From positions 960,001 through 1,024,000 of the forward strand of contig CAWFFN010000005.1 of the NCBI GenBank assembly GCA_963815115.1: DNA of 64,000 nucleotides. The letters run 5' to 3'. The DNA is from an uncultured delta proteobacterium (GTDB lineage: Bacteria; Desulfobacterota; Binatia; DP-6). The position numbers and the translations under genes are program-made. A model generated the notes under the pieces. That model worked only from the letters and a program-made list of their open reading frames with translations. It was not told the origin of the DNA and ran no database searches. Positions 10,305 to 19,737 of this stretch are shown here, piece after piece; the first letter of the stretch is position 1, and each line of letters starts with the position of its first letter.

Positions 10305-11560
10305 CAGCGGGAGGTGTCCATCTGCCCGGCGGCGGTCGCGTTCACCAGCACCCCCATGTTCCCGTGCGGGTGGCGGTTGTCGTGCATGAGCTGGTGCACG
10401 CGGGGAATCTCGTCGAACGGGAAGGTCTGCGACAGGCAGGGATCGACCTTGCGCGCTCGCACCAGGTCGTTCAGCGCCCGCGCGTCGTCGTCGTTCGCGA
10501 AGTGGGAGCCCTGGAAGCGCTTCTGCCGCATCCAGTGGTAGCGCAGATCGAGGGTGGCGTTGTAGCCGCTGGTGCCGGCGCAGATCACCACCATGCCGCC
10601 GGTGTCGCAGACGAAGATGGAGGTGGGCACGGTATCCTCGCCCGGGTGCTCGAACACCAGGCGGGGGCTCCTGCGCTCGCCGACCGCTTCCCACAGCGCC
10701 GCGCCAAAGGCGCGCGCGCCCTTGAGCCACTCGCCGTAGGCCGCGCCGTCCTTCCAGTGCGGCAGCATGCCCCAGTGGGAGAAGTGCTTGCGGTTGACGG
10801 TGCCCTTCGCACCGAGCTTGGTGCAGAAGTCGATCTTGTCGTCGCTCGAGATGACGGCGACGGGGATGCCGCCTGCGGCACGCGCGATCTGGATGGCCTG
10901 GCAGCCGAGCCCGCCGGCCCCGCCCCAGACCAGCACCACGTCACCCGACCGCACCGTGTGCGGGGGCCAGCTCATCAGCATGCGGTAGGCCGTGGCCCCG
11001 ACCAGCATGTAGGCCGCAGCCGCATCCCAGGAGAGGTGCTCGGGCTTCGGCAGGCACTGGTGCGCCTGCACGCGCGTGAACTGGGCGAAGCTTCCCCAGT
11101 TGTTCTCGTAGCCCCAGATGCGGAAGGTGGGGCTGAACATCGGGTCGGTGCCGGCCTTCACCGCGGGGCAGTCCGCCTTCCACATGCCGCAGTGGATCAC
11201 CACGCGGTCGCCGACCTTCACGCTGGTGACCGCGCTTCCGATCTTCCACACGATGCCCGACGCATCGCTGCCCCCGATGTGGAAGGGCGAATCGTCGGGC
11301 CAGTCCTTGTCACGCTGATGTGCCTTGATGACGTCGACCGGCGAGCCCAGCCCGGCCCAGACGTTGTTGTAGTTGATGCCGGCGGCCATGACCCAGACCA
11401 GCACCTCGTCGGGCTGCAGGTCGGCGGGCGTGGCGATCTCCTCGATCTCGAACGCCTGCATCGGCTGGCCGAAGCGCTCCTGGCGGATCACCTGCGCCAG
11501 CATGCGGGGAGGCACCTCGCCGAGCGGCGGCGTGTCTCCGAGCTGGTAGAGGTCCTTCAT
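10304..11560 (-). CDS. ccrA: crotonyl-CoA carboxylase/reductase
   Basis: Motifs [59 protein letters not shown]. The CO2-binding Asn/aromatic/Glu/His positions appear present. Confidence 0.93.
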   Translation of the reverse strand: MKDLYQLGDTPPLGEVPPRMLAQVIRQERFGQPMQAFEIEEIATPADLQPDEVLVWVMAAGINYNNVWAGLGSPVDVIKAHQRDKDWPDDSPFHIGGSDASGIVWKIGSAVTSVKVGDRVVIHCGMWKADCPAVKAGTDPMFSPTFRIWGYENNWGSFAQFTRVQAHQCLPKPEHLSWDAAAAYMLVGATAYRMLMSWPPHTVRSGDVVLVWGGAGGLGCQAIQIARAAGGIPVAVISSDDKIDFCTKLGAKGTVNRKHFSHWGMLPHWKDGAAYGEWLKGARAFGAALWEAVGERRSPRLVFEHPGEDTVPTSIFVCDTGGMVVICAGTSGYNATLDLRYHWMRQKRFQGSHFANDDDARALNDLVRARKVDPCLSQTFPFDEIPRVHQLMHDNRHPHGNMGVLVNATAAGQMDTSR

Positions 11561-11586
11561 GCGTGTGGTCTCCCGGGCAGGTCCGG

Positions 11587-12276
11587 TCAGAACCGGAGCG
11601 GGCTCATCACGGAGAGAAACTCGGTCAGGGTCCTGAAGCGCATCATCGGGTTGGTGCGCTTCTCCTCGCCGATGGTCGAGGAGCTGTCGGCGGCGTAGTT
11701 GTGTCCCGGAAAGAGCCGCGTGTCGTCGGGCAGCCCGGCGAGCACGTCGTGCAGGCTGCGGTACATGTCCTCCGGATTCGATCCCGGCAGATCGACACGC
11801 CCGCACGAGCCGATGAAGAGCGTGTCGCCCGAGACCACGGCGTTCCCGACGAGGAAGCATTGCGAGCCCGGCGTGTGCCCCGGGGTGTGGAGGAGCTTCA
11901 CCTTGAGCTGGCCGATCGTCACGTCGTCGCCGCCCTCGACTGCGATCAGGTCGGAGTCGGAGAGCCCGGTGAGCCGGTGCACGAACGGCAGCTCGGCCTT
12001 GTGGATGACCACCTTCGCGGGCACCCGGGCCACCAGCTCCGCGGCGCCGATGACGCTGTTGCCCATGAACGCTCCGCCCAGGTGATCGGGGTGGAAGTGG
12101 CTGACGAGATCGTGCGTGATGCGATAGCCGTCGGCCTCGGCGGTCTCGACGATCGTGTCGATGTCCCACGCCGCGTCGACCACCGCGGCCTCGTGGGTAT
12201 GCGGATCGCCGAGCAGGTAGACGTAGTTCTGCATCGGCCCGAGCTCGAGCTGCTTGAAGTAGATGGGTTGCTTCAT
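11587..12276 (-). CDS. MBL-fold metallo-hydrolase (glyoxalase II-like)
   Basis: Motifs [38 protein letters not shown]. Confidence 0.9.
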   Translation of the reverse strand: MKQPIYFKQLELGPMQNYVYLLGDPHTHEAAVVDAAWDIDTIVETAEADGYRITHDLVSHFHPDHLGGAFMGNSVIGAAELVARVPAKVVIHKAELPFVHRLTGLSDSDLIAVEGGDDVTIGQLKVKLLHTPGHTPGSQCFLVGNAVVSGDTLFIGSCGRVDLPGSNPEDMYRSLHDVLAGLPDDTRLFPGHNYAADSSSTIGEEKRTNPMMRFRTLTEFLSVMSPLRF

Positions 12277-12896
12277 GAGGAGGTCTTCCTGGCCTTCAGG
12301 GCCTCGCGCTCGAGCGGCCGCTCCCAGAGATATTCCTGCTCGCCCAGGCGGTGTCCGATCCAGCGCGAGAGCACGAACAGCAGATCGGAGAGGCGGTTCA
12401 GGTAGGCGAGCGGCTGATCGCCGATCGCCTCGTGGCGCATCAGGCGCAGGACGTCGCGCTCGGCGCGCCGGCAAACGGTGCGGGCCACGTGGAGCAGCGC
12501 GCTCACCCGGCCGCCGCCCGGAAGAATGAACGAGCGCAGCGGAGCGAGCTCCTCCTGACAGTGGTCCATGACCTGCTCGAGTGCCGTCACCTCGGCGGTG
12601 CCGACGCGGAACATGCCGGGCTGGAGGGCCGCCGGCGGCGTGGCCAGCTCGGCGCCGAGATCGAAGAGCTCGCTCTGCAGGCGCCGCAACACGACGTCGA
12701 GCTCGCGGCAGGCGGGCGAGCGTTCGAGCTCGGCGGCGTTGAAGGCCCGCGCCACGCCGACGGCCGCGTTGAGCTCGTCCACGGCGCCGTAGGCGTCGAT
12801 CCGGAGCGCATCCTTCGGGATACGCGCGCCGCCGACGAGATCGGTCTCGCCCTGGTCGCCGCGTCGCGTGTAGACGCGCGTGATCCGGATCGCCAC
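12273..12896 (-). CDS. pduO: PduO-type ATP:cob(I)alamin adenosyltransferase
   Basis: Motifs [46 protein letters not shown]. Confidence 0.93.
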   Translation of the reverse strand: MAIRITRVYTRRGDQGETDLVGGARIPKDALRIDAYGAVDELNAAVGVARAFNAAELERSPACRELDVVLRRLQSELFDLGAELATPPAALQPGMFRVGTAEVTALEQVMDHCQEELAPLRSFILPGGGRVSALLHVARTVCRRAERDVLRLMRHEAIGDQPLAYLNRLSDLLFVLSRWIGHRLGEQEYLWERPLEREALKARKTSS

Positions 12897-12951
12897 GGCT
12901 CCATTCCTACCGTCGCCCGCCGGGGGTTGTCCACCCGCGGCACGCGCCGGC

Positions 12952-14076
12952 TCAGGCCGGCATGTTGTCGGGACGGCGCGCGTGTCGCTTGATGATGGTG
13001 CGCAGCTTTTGGGGGTCGATCGGCTTCTTGTAGACGACGTCTTCCAGGCCGGCGAGCTTGCTGCGCTTGATGATGTGGTCCTTGTCGAAGTGGAAGGCGG
13101 TCATCAGGACCACGGGCAGCCCCGGGTGCCTGGCGCGCACCTCCTGGAAGAGCTCGTGGCCGTCGAGGTCGGGCATGACGACGTCGCTCAGCACGAGGTC
13201 GACGGCCTCGGTGTCGAGGCGGGCGAGGCCCTCGCGTCCGCCCGTTGCCACGAGCACGTCGCAGCCTTCCTGCGTGAGCAGATCGCGTAACGACTGGCAG
13301 ACGCCGAGATCGTCGTCGACCACGAGGATGCGCACGCCCGCGAGCTCCGAGTCGGCCGCGTCCCGGCGCGGCGAGGTGGACGCGTTGGCAGCGGCCACCG
13401 GCGCGCTCCCGAGGTCGGTCATCTCGCGCCCGGGGAGGTACTCGCGTGTGGCGTACTCCGTGCCTTCCGCGAGCTCGGTGAGCCGGGTCACGATGTGCTG
13501 GATACGGGCGATGGCGGCGTTGGTCGAGTCGAAGCGCTCGCTTTCGACGATGAAGTCCTCGTCCGAGCTGACGCGCGCCATGTGCTTCTCGACCAGGTTC
13601 AAGTTGTTGACGATGACCTCGAGCGGGTTGTTGATCTCGTGCGCGACGCCGAGGGCGACCTCGCCCAGCGTGACCAGCCGATCGTGGCGCCGGATCTGGC
13701 GCAGGTCCTTGGCGAAGCCGATCGAGCCGAGCTCGACGCCGTCGTCGGTATTGATCAGCGAGCCCGAGATGGCGACCGGCATGATGACGCCGCTCCGGTC
13801 GACGAACGTGGTCTCGAAGTTCCGCACCTTGCCGGGTGCCTGAGCGCCGTACCCCTCGCGCATGGCGATCATCACCTTGCGGGCCTCGGCGAGATCGGGA
13901 TACAGGCGCGTGACGTGCTGGCCGAGCACCTCGTCCTGCGAGTAGCCGAGGGTGCTGCGCGCCCCGTCGTTGTAGAAGATGATGATGCCGTGCCGGTCGA
14001 CCGCGACGACGATGTCCGGCGAGCTCTCGAGCAGCTTCTCGAAGTAGATGGCGGGGAGGCGGGAGACGGGCTCCAT
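12952..14076 (-). CDS. PAS-HisKA-receiver signalling protein lacking an HATPase domain
   Basis: PAS (LLESSPDIVVAVDRHGIIIFYN), H-box (AHEINNPL), then a short linker and a REC domain (ILVVDDD...LSDVVMPDLDG...MTA...KP). No N/G1/F/G2 boxes. Confidence 0.85.
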   Translation of the reverse strand: MEPVSRLPAIYFEKLLESSPDIVVAVDRHGIIIFYNDGARSTLGYSQDEVLGQHVTRLYPDLAEARKVMIAMREGYGAQAPGKVRNFETTFVDRSGVIMPVAISGSLINTDDGVELGSIGFAKDLRQIRRHDRLVTLGEVALGVAHEINNPLEVIVNNLNLVEKHMARVSSDEDFIVESERFDSTNAAIARIQHIVTRLTELAEGTEYATREYLPGREMTDLGSAPVAAANASTSPRRDAADSELAGVRILVVDDDLGVCQSLRDLLTQEGCDVLVATGGREGLARLDTEAVDLVLSDVVMPDLDGHELFQEVRARHPGLPVVLMTAFHFDKDHIIKRSKLAGLEDVVYKKPIDPQKLRTIIKRHARRPDNMPA

Positions 14077-14092
14077 GCGGAGGCGACTGGGC

Positions 14093-14614
14093 ATGGTAGG
14101 GCCCGCAACGGCGTGGGTCAAGGGAATCGCCGTGCTGCTCGCGGTCGCGGGCGGGGGCTGCTTCTGGCGCTCCTACGCGCCACGGCTGCGCACCCACAGC
14201 GAGCTCATGGTGGCAATCGCGCGCAAGGGCGTCGACCTGGTGCGCGGCGACCGGCTGACGGCCGAGAACATGCCCGAGCTCACCTACCCCCTCGAACGCG
14301 CCGAAGCCTTCGCCCGGAGTGCGCACGCGCGGGTGGGGAATGCGGTGCCGCCCTCGCTCGCCGCCTTCGACACGCTGATCGCGCGTTACCGAGCCCTCGT
14401 GGACACCCTCGACAGCACGCGGCGTACACAGCGCGGCGAGGAGGCGGGGGCGACGCTCGCGGCGCCGCTCGCTGCGGTCGAGGACGCCGGGCGTGCCGTC
14501 GAGGACGCGCTCCGCGCCGAGCATCGCGGGGCGGCGACGGACGCTCAGCCGCGCGGCATCAGCACGACGCGCTTGTCGTCCTTCACGGTCGCGAGCATCG
14601 TCGACACCGTCTGA
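14093..14614 (+). CDS. putative lipoprotein, hypothetical
   Basis: Hydrophobic leader ending AGGGC, then a helical body. Overlaps the folK 3' end convergently. Confidence 0.6.
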   Translation: MVGPATAWVKGIAVLLAVAGGGCFWRSYAPRLRTHSELMVAIARKGVDLVRGDRLTAENMPELTYPLERAEAFARSAHARVGNAVPPSLAAFDTLIARYRALVDTLDSTRRTQRGEEAGATLAAPLAAVEDAGRAVEDALRAEHRGAATDAQPRGISTTRLSSFTVASIVDTV

Positions 14615-15042
14615 CCGAGCTGCGGGTGGATCACCTGCGGCGCCAGCTCGGCGAGCGGCAGCAGCACGAAGCGCCGCTTGTGCATCTCGGGATGCGGGAT
14701 CTTGAGCGTGCGCTTGTCGACGACGTCCTGATCGAACAGCAGGATGTCGAGGTCGATGATGCGCGATCCCCAGCGCTTGCCCTTCACGCGCTTGCGGCCC
14801 ATCGCCTCCTCGATCGCTTTCAGCTTCTTGAGCAGCGCGTCGGGGGCGAGGTCGCTCTCGAGCTCGATGACGCTGTTGACGAACCAGGTCTTCGCGTTGC
14901 CGAGCGGCTCGCTCTCGTACAGGGACGAGGCGCGCACGACGCGCGTGCCGGGGAGCTTGGAGACCTTCTCGATGGCCTCCGCCGTGTTCGCCCTCCGGTC
15001 ACCGAGATTCGACCCGATGCCGATGTGCACGCGGTGCGGCAT
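14545..15042 (-). CDS. folK: 2-amino-4-hydroxy-6-hydroxymethyldihydropteridine diphosphokinase
   Basis: Motifs IGIGSNLGD, SSLYESEP, RWGSRIIDLDIL, IPHPEMHKRRFVLLPL. Confidence 0.96.
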   Translation of the reverse strand: MPHRVHIGIGSNLGDRRANTAEAIEKVSKLPGTRVVRASSLYESEPLGNAKTWFVNSVIELESDLAPDALLKKLKAIEEAMGRKRVKGKRWGSRIIDLDILLFDQDVVDKRTLKIPHPEMHKRRFVLLPLAELAPQVIHPQLGQTVSTMLATVKDDKRVVLMPRG

Positions 15043-15231
15043 ACGCGGTCCCGCCTGCTCCTAGGGGGCGGGGTCCCCGGTGCTGAGTCCTCGCTCGTGG
15101 GCGGCGCTACACGACTGGATTTGCTCGGCTTTGTCGCTTTCCTGCGGCAAGCGAACCACGATTGGCGCGTGCTTCTAACCGACTCGGGCGCCGTTTACAA
15201 ACCGCGGCTCTCCCAGGCCGCGCCAACCGCC

Positions 15232-16593
15232 TCAGAGCGCTGCCTGGTAGGCGAAGCCGGGGCCTGTCGGCGGGCCGAGCAGGGGCGTGACCGTCGCCTC
15301 GTCCCCCAGGTAGTGCTCGACGAAGGGGACGACGTAGCGCAGCACGTCCGCATGCGCCTCGTCCTGCGTCAGCGTGGCGGGTGGATTGCAGTCCGGCGAG
15401 GGGAAGCACCCGTCGGAGAACGCGAAGTGCCCCGCGTGCTCGATCTCCACCAGGAGCTTCGGCGTGACCGAGGCGTCGTACGCCGTCCGGGTCAGGGTGT
15501 TGTTCACGACGCTGTCGATGCCGCCCAGCATGGTGAGCGAAGGAACCTCGAGATGGGGGTTCATGAGCGCGGCCGGCGCCATGGCGACGGCGACCTTCAC
15601 GCGCGGCTCGCGCTGGCTCACCAGGTAGACCGTGAGGCCGCCGAAGGAATGGCCCGTCATCGCCACCCGGCTGCCGTCGATCGCGCCGTTGAACGGCGAT
15701 GCGGGATCCTGCCCCGCGGCCAGGATCTGATCGAGCACGAAGATCATGTCGGCCGGGCGCTCGACGAACGACGTCACCTGGGCGGTGGCGGTCCCGCACG
15801 TCGACAGCTCGGCGATCGTGTTGCCCGGGTGTGGCGGGGCCACCACCACGAACCCCCGCGAGGCGAGCACCGAAGTGAGGAAGGTGCTCTGCGCCGGGTA
15901 GCCGCACGAGCCATGCGAGAAGAGCACCACCGGGTAGGGCCCGCCGCTCGGGTCGAGCGGCGCGTCGACGACCGCGCGGAACTGGCCGGAGATCGGAGCG
16001 CTGCCCTTCGGGGCGGGATACCAGATGACGGTGTCGAGCGTTCGCGGCGTGCCGGGCAGGAAGGCCGAGTCCTTGGTCCACGAGATGGTCCGCACGCCCG
16101 CGGCGAACGGCCCCTCGTCGCGTGGATCGAAGCACGTGCCCGCCGTCCACGTGACGACGTCGGTGCACGAGGTCTCGTCGGTGCACGCCGTGCGGTCGAT
16201 GCGCCGCGAGTCCTTGCAGGTCGCGGGCCGGGAGAGCTTGCACGACGGCGTCCCGGTGGCGGCGGTGGACACGCCTCCGCAGGCCACCTTGGCGCTGCCG
16301 CACGACGTCCCGCGAATGGTCGCCTTCGCCGCCTTCACGCAGGGCGCGCGCAGCGCGCCGGCGGTGATCCCGGCGCGCAGGGTGCCGCGGGCGCAGCGCT
16401 GGTAGCTTCGCCCGCTGGCGGCCTCGGCGCAGGGGCAGGCGGCCTCGGTGGTGTCCGCGAGGGCGGCCAGGCTTCGCTGATCCGCCAGGGTGGAGTCCCC
16501 CGTGAGACAGGCGTCGTCGGCCCATCCCCGGGCAGGCACGAGGAGGCAGCTCACCAGGAGGAGGAGGGAGAAGGACCGCATGCCGGGAGACAT
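15232..16593 (-). CDS. secreted alpha/beta hydrolase (PAF-AH/dienelactone-hydrolase-like) with N-terminal Cys-rich domain
   Basis: Signal peptide ending ARGWA. Motifs PYPVVLFSHG, LASRGFVVVAPPHPG, GHSFGG nucleophile elbow, AGHFAFSD. Confidence 0.85.
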   Translation of the reverse strand: MSPGMRSFSLLLLVSCLLVPARGWADDACLTGDSTLADQRSLAALADTTEAACPCAEAASGRSYQRCARGTLRAGITAGALRAPCVKAAKATIRGTSCGSAKVACGGVSTAATGTPSCKLSRPATCKDSRRIDRTACTDETSCTDVVTWTAGTCFDPRDEGPFAAGVRTISWTKDSAFLPGTPRTLDTVIWYPAPKGSAPISGQFRAVVDAPLDPSGGPYPVVLFSHGSCGYPAQSTFLTSVLASRGFVVVAPPHPGNTIAELSTCGTATAQVTSFVERPADMIFVLDQILAAGQDPASPFNGAIDGSRVAMTGHSFGGLTVYLVSQREPRVKVAVAMAPAALMNPHLEVPSLTMLGGIDSVVNNTLTRTAYDASVTPKLLVEIEHAGHFAFSDGCFPSPDCNPPATLTQDEAHADVLRYVVPFVEHYLGDEATVTPLLGPPTGPGFAYQAAL

Positions 16594-16687
16594 ACCGTGT
16601 CGGCGTGCTCTGTCCACGGACCGCGAGCCCTACGGTCAAACGAACGACCCAGGGGGTCGCGCGGCCCCTCCCAGCGGGCGTGCGGGC

Positions 16688-17500
16688 TCAGAGGCCCAGC
16701 ACGTCGCGCATGGAGTAGAGCCCGGGGGGTTGGCCGGCGACCCATCGCGCCGCCCGCAGGGCTCCGCGCGCCAGACACTCGCGGCTCTGGGCCCGATGCG
16801 CCAGCTCGAGGCGCTCCCCGGGACCGCCGAAGACGACGGTGTGGTCTCCCACGGCGTCGCCGGCGCGCAGCGCGACGATGCCGATCTCGCCCGGCGTCCG
16901 CGCCCCCACGAGGCCCTCGCGGGCGAGCACCGCCGTGCGCTCGAAGTCCTGACCGCGGGCCGCGGCCACGGCGCGTCCGAGCGCCAGCGCCGTGCCGCTG
17001 GGCGCGTCGCGCTTGGCGTGGTGGTGGAGCTCCACGATCTCACTCTCGAAGCTCGAGTCGAGGAGCCGGGCGGCCGCGCCCACGAGCTCGGTCAGCACCG
17101 TGACGCCGACGCTGAAGTTGGCGGCGACGACGCTGCGCGTGCGGGCGGCGAGCGCCGACAGCTCGGCGCGCTGGCTCGCATCGAACCCGGTCGTGCCGAC
17201 GACGAGCGCGGCGCCGCGCTCGACCGCGAGCCCGACGTGGCGCAGCGTGGCCTCGGGCACCCCGGTGAAATCCATCAGGACGTGCGCCGGCTCGAGGATC
17301 GCGCCCGCGTCGTCGCCGATGAGCACGCCGATGTCCGCGCCCCCCGCGACGGCGCCCGCGTCCTCGCCCATCCGGGAGTGGCCGGGCGCCTCGACCGCAC
17401 CCACCACCCGCACGGCGGGCTCGTCACGTGCGAGGCCGACCAGGAGCCGTCCCATGCGGCCCGCCGCCCCGCAGACCACGATGGGAGCAGCGTCAGACAA
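16688..17500 (-). CDS. dapB: 4-hydroxy-tetrahydrodipicolinate reductase
   Basis: Motifs GAAGRMG, VGTTGF, ANFSVG, ELHHHAKRDAPSGTA. Confidence 0.96.
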   Translation of the reverse strand: MSDAAPIVVCGAAGRMGRLLVGLARDEPAVRVVGAVEAPGHSRMGEDAGAVAGGADIGVLIGDDAGAILEPAHVLMDFTGVPEATLRHVGLAVERGAALVVGTTGFDASQRAELSALAARTRSVVAANFSVGVTVLTELVGAAARLLDSSFESEIVELHHHAKRDAPSGTALALGRAVAAARGQDFERTAVLAREGLVGARTPGEIGIVALRAGDAVGDHTVVFGGPGERLELAHRAQSRECLARGALRAARWVAGQPPGLYSMRDVLGL

Positions 17501-18371
17501 GCTCGTACTCGCGCAGGACCTGCTCGAGCCGCTCGCGATTTCCGGCGACCATGCGGGTGAGCGGCAGCCGGAACTCCTCGGCGCACACGCCCATCAGGGC
17601 GACGGCGGTCTTCACGGGAATCGGGTTCACCTCGAAGCTCATGGTGAGCGCGCGCACCAGCGGGAAGATGTCGGCGGATCGGCGCCGCGCCCGGGGGAGA
17701 TCGCCGGCGAGCAGGGCGTCGGTGATCTCCACCATCCGCCGCGGCACGACGTTGGCGCAGACGGAGACCGCTCCGCCGCCCCCGGCCGCCATGATCGGCA
17801 AGATGGTGGCGTCGTCGCCCGAGTAGACCGTGAAGCCGGGCTCGACCGAGGCGATGATCTCGATCACCTGCGCGATCGAGCCGCTCGATTCCTTGATCCC
17901 GACGATGTTCTCGATCCGCGACAGCCTGGCGATGGTCTCGGGAAGAATGTTCGACGCCGTCCGCGCCGGAATGTTGTAGACCAGGAGCGGCAGCTTCGTC
18001 GCCTCGGCGACGGCCGCATAGTGCTGGTAGATGCCGTCCTGCGTGGGCTTGTTGTAGTAGGGCGACAGGAGCAACGCGCCGGCGGCGCCCACCTCCTCGG
18101 CGGCGCGCGTCAGGCGCACGGCCTCCGCGGTGGAGTTGGAGCCCGTGCCCGCGATCACCGGCGCGCGCCCGCGCGCGAAGCGGATCACCGCCTCCACGAC
18201 CTCGATGTGCTCGTCGTGCGTGAGGGTGGCGGACTCGCCCGTCGAGCCGCAGGGGACCAGACCGTTGACCCCGCCGGCGATCTGCTGCTCCACCAGCTTC
18301 TCGAGGCCGCCGAGATCGAGCTCTCCGTTGCGAAACGGAGTCACCAGTGCCGTCAGGCATCCTCTCCACAT
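17493..18371 (-). CDS. dapA: 4-hydroxy-tetrahydrodipicolinate synthase
   Basis: Motifs GSTGESATL, PYYNKPTQ, YNIPART, GIKESSG, NPIPVK. Confidence 0.96.
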   Translation of the reverse strand: MWRGCLTALVTPFRNGELDLGGLEKLVEQQIAGGVNGLVPCGSTGESATLTHDEHIEVVEAVIRFARGRAPVIAGTGSNSTAEAVRLTRAAEEVGAAGALLLSPYYNKPTQDGIYQHYAAVAEATKLPLLVYNIPARTASNILPETIARLSRIENIVGIKESSGSIAQVIEIIASVEPGFTVYSGDDATILPIMAAGGGGAVSVCANVVPRRMVEITDALLAGDLPRARRRSADIFPLVRALTMSFEVNPIPVKTAVALMGVCAEEFRLPLTRMVAGNRERLEQVLREYELV

Positions 18372-18372
18372 G

Positions 18373-19209
18373 TCACACCTCGATGGAGCCCTCGAAGACC
18401 TCGACCGCGTCGCCCGTCATGCGGACGTGGTCGTCGGCTTGCCACTCGATCTCGAGCGGGCCGCCGGGCAGCGCGACCCGAACCCGCCGGCCCGTGCGCC
18501 CGGTACGGGCCGCGGCCACGGCGGCCGCGCACGCCCCCGTCCCGCACGCCAGCGTCTCTCCGGCGCCGCGCTCCCAGACCCGCATGTCGAGCCGTGCGGG
18601 ACTCTCGACGCGGACGAACTCCGTGTTCACGCGGCGAGGAAAGAAGGGATGGTGCTCGAAGCGCGGCCCGAGCACAGCCAGGGGCAGCGACGCGACCTCG
18701 TCGACGAACACCACGCAGTGCGGGTTGCCCATCGAGAGGCACGTGACGCGATACTCCTGCCCGCCGACCTCGAGCGCGCGCTCGACGACCTCGCCGTCGG
18801 CGTCGACGGGGATGCTGCGGCCGTCCCAGACGGGCGTGCCCATGTCCACGGCGACCCGGGCGACGCGGCCGCTCGCCAGCTCCGGCTCCACGACCTTCAC
18901 CCCGGCGTCGGTTTCCACCCGCAGGGGAACCCGGGTGATCAGCCCACGGTCGTGGACGAACTTGGCGAAGCCGCGGATCCCGTTGCCGCACATCTCGGCG
19001 AGGCTGCCGTCGGGATTGAAGATGCGCATGCGGCAATCGGCTCGCACCGAGTCGAGGAGCAGGATGAGACCGTCGGCGCCGATGCCGCGATGGCGGTCGC
19101 AGAGCACCGGGGCGAGCGCCGCCGGGTCGCCGGGCAATCCCCGGCGCGCGTCGACGTAGACGAAATCGTTCGCGGTGCCGTGGAGCTTGGCGAAGGAGAG
19201 CGTGGTCAT
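18373..19209 (-). CDS. dapF: diaminopimelate epimerase
   Basis: Motifs KLHGTANDF, NPDGSLAEMCGNG, MGNPHCV, WERGAGETLACGTG. Confidence 0.96.
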   Translation of the reverse strand: MTTLSFAKLHGTANDFVYVDARRGLPGDPAALAPVLCDRHRGIGADGLILLLDSVRADCRMRIFNPDGSLAEMCGNGIRGFAKFVHDRGLITRVPLRVETDAGVKVVEPELASGRVARVAVDMGTPVWDGRSIPVDADGEVVERALEVGGQEYRVTCLSMGNPHCVVFVDEVASLPLAVLGPRFEHHPFFPRRVNTEFVRVESPARLDMRVWERGAGETLACGTGACAAAVAAARTGRTGRRVRVALPGGPLEIEWQADDHVRMTGDAVEVFEGSIEV

Positions 19210-19240
19210 CTCGGGAGCGGCGCCTGCGTGGCGTGCTCCG

Positions 19241-19269
19241 TCATTACTGCCCCGCCCGAGGAGGGTCAA
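19241..19269 (-). promoter_or_regulatory. possible sigma70-type promoter for dapF-dapA-dapB
   Basis: Minus strand reads TTGACC-N17-TAATGA about 30 nt upstream of the dapF ATG. The -10 match is weak. Confidence 0.35.
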
Positions 19270-19311
19270 CCTTGAAACCCCGATCCGCCGCGCGATGTCA
19301 CGTGGAGCGCG

Positions 19312-19737
19312 TCACGGCGGGGTGAAGGTCACCTCGACCGGCCCGGCGGGCTTGCTGCGATAGCCGTCGAGCGTGTAGCCGATGACGCGATAGCGATAGC
19401 TCGCGCCGGGAGCTGCGCTCGCATCCGTCCACTCCAGCCTGCGGTTCTGCCGGAAGCGCTGCTCGTCGCTGAGCTGGAAGTCGCCGATTCGGACGAACGC
19501 TTCCGGGCCGGCGCCCTTGGGGGCACGCTCGATCTCGAAGCCGCCGAGGTCGTTCATGCGCTTGCCGCCGGTGTACTCCGAGGGTCGGCGCCAGACGAGC
19601 TGCACGCCGCCGGTCGTCGAGGTGGCCGTGAGGGCGGTTGCCTCGCGCGGCTGCACCAGCTCGGGGGCGAGCGGCGGCGTCTTGTTGCCGCAGGCCGCGA
19701 GCAGCAGCACGACCGACAGGATCGCGGCGGTTCTCAC
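19312..19737 (-). CDS. lipoprotein (LptM/YifL-like N-terminus, fibronectin-III-like body)
   Basis: Lipobox LLAAC followed by GNKTPPLAP, and an FN3-like YRYRV. GTG start overlaps the argH stop. Confidence 0.75.
   Translation of the reverse strand: MRTAAILSVVLLLAACGNKTPPLAPELVQPREATALTATSTTGGVQLVWRRPSEYTGGKRMNDLGGFEIERAPKGAGPEAFVRIGDFQLSDEQRFRQNRRLEWTDASAAPGASYRYRVIGYTLDGYRSKPAGPVEVTFTPP

Noticed and set aside
15043-15231. Possible riboswitch (ZTP/THF) upstream of folK
   Set aside because: Consensus elements could not be identified by eye. An Infernal scan would be needed.
13495-17103. 1202-aa ORF and other long Arg/Gly/Ala-rich ORFs (e.g. 4096-6540, 39054-41684, 55327-58317, 58368-61013)
   Set aside because: Shadow ORFs typical of high-GC DNA. 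They overlap well-supported genes and have no motifs.
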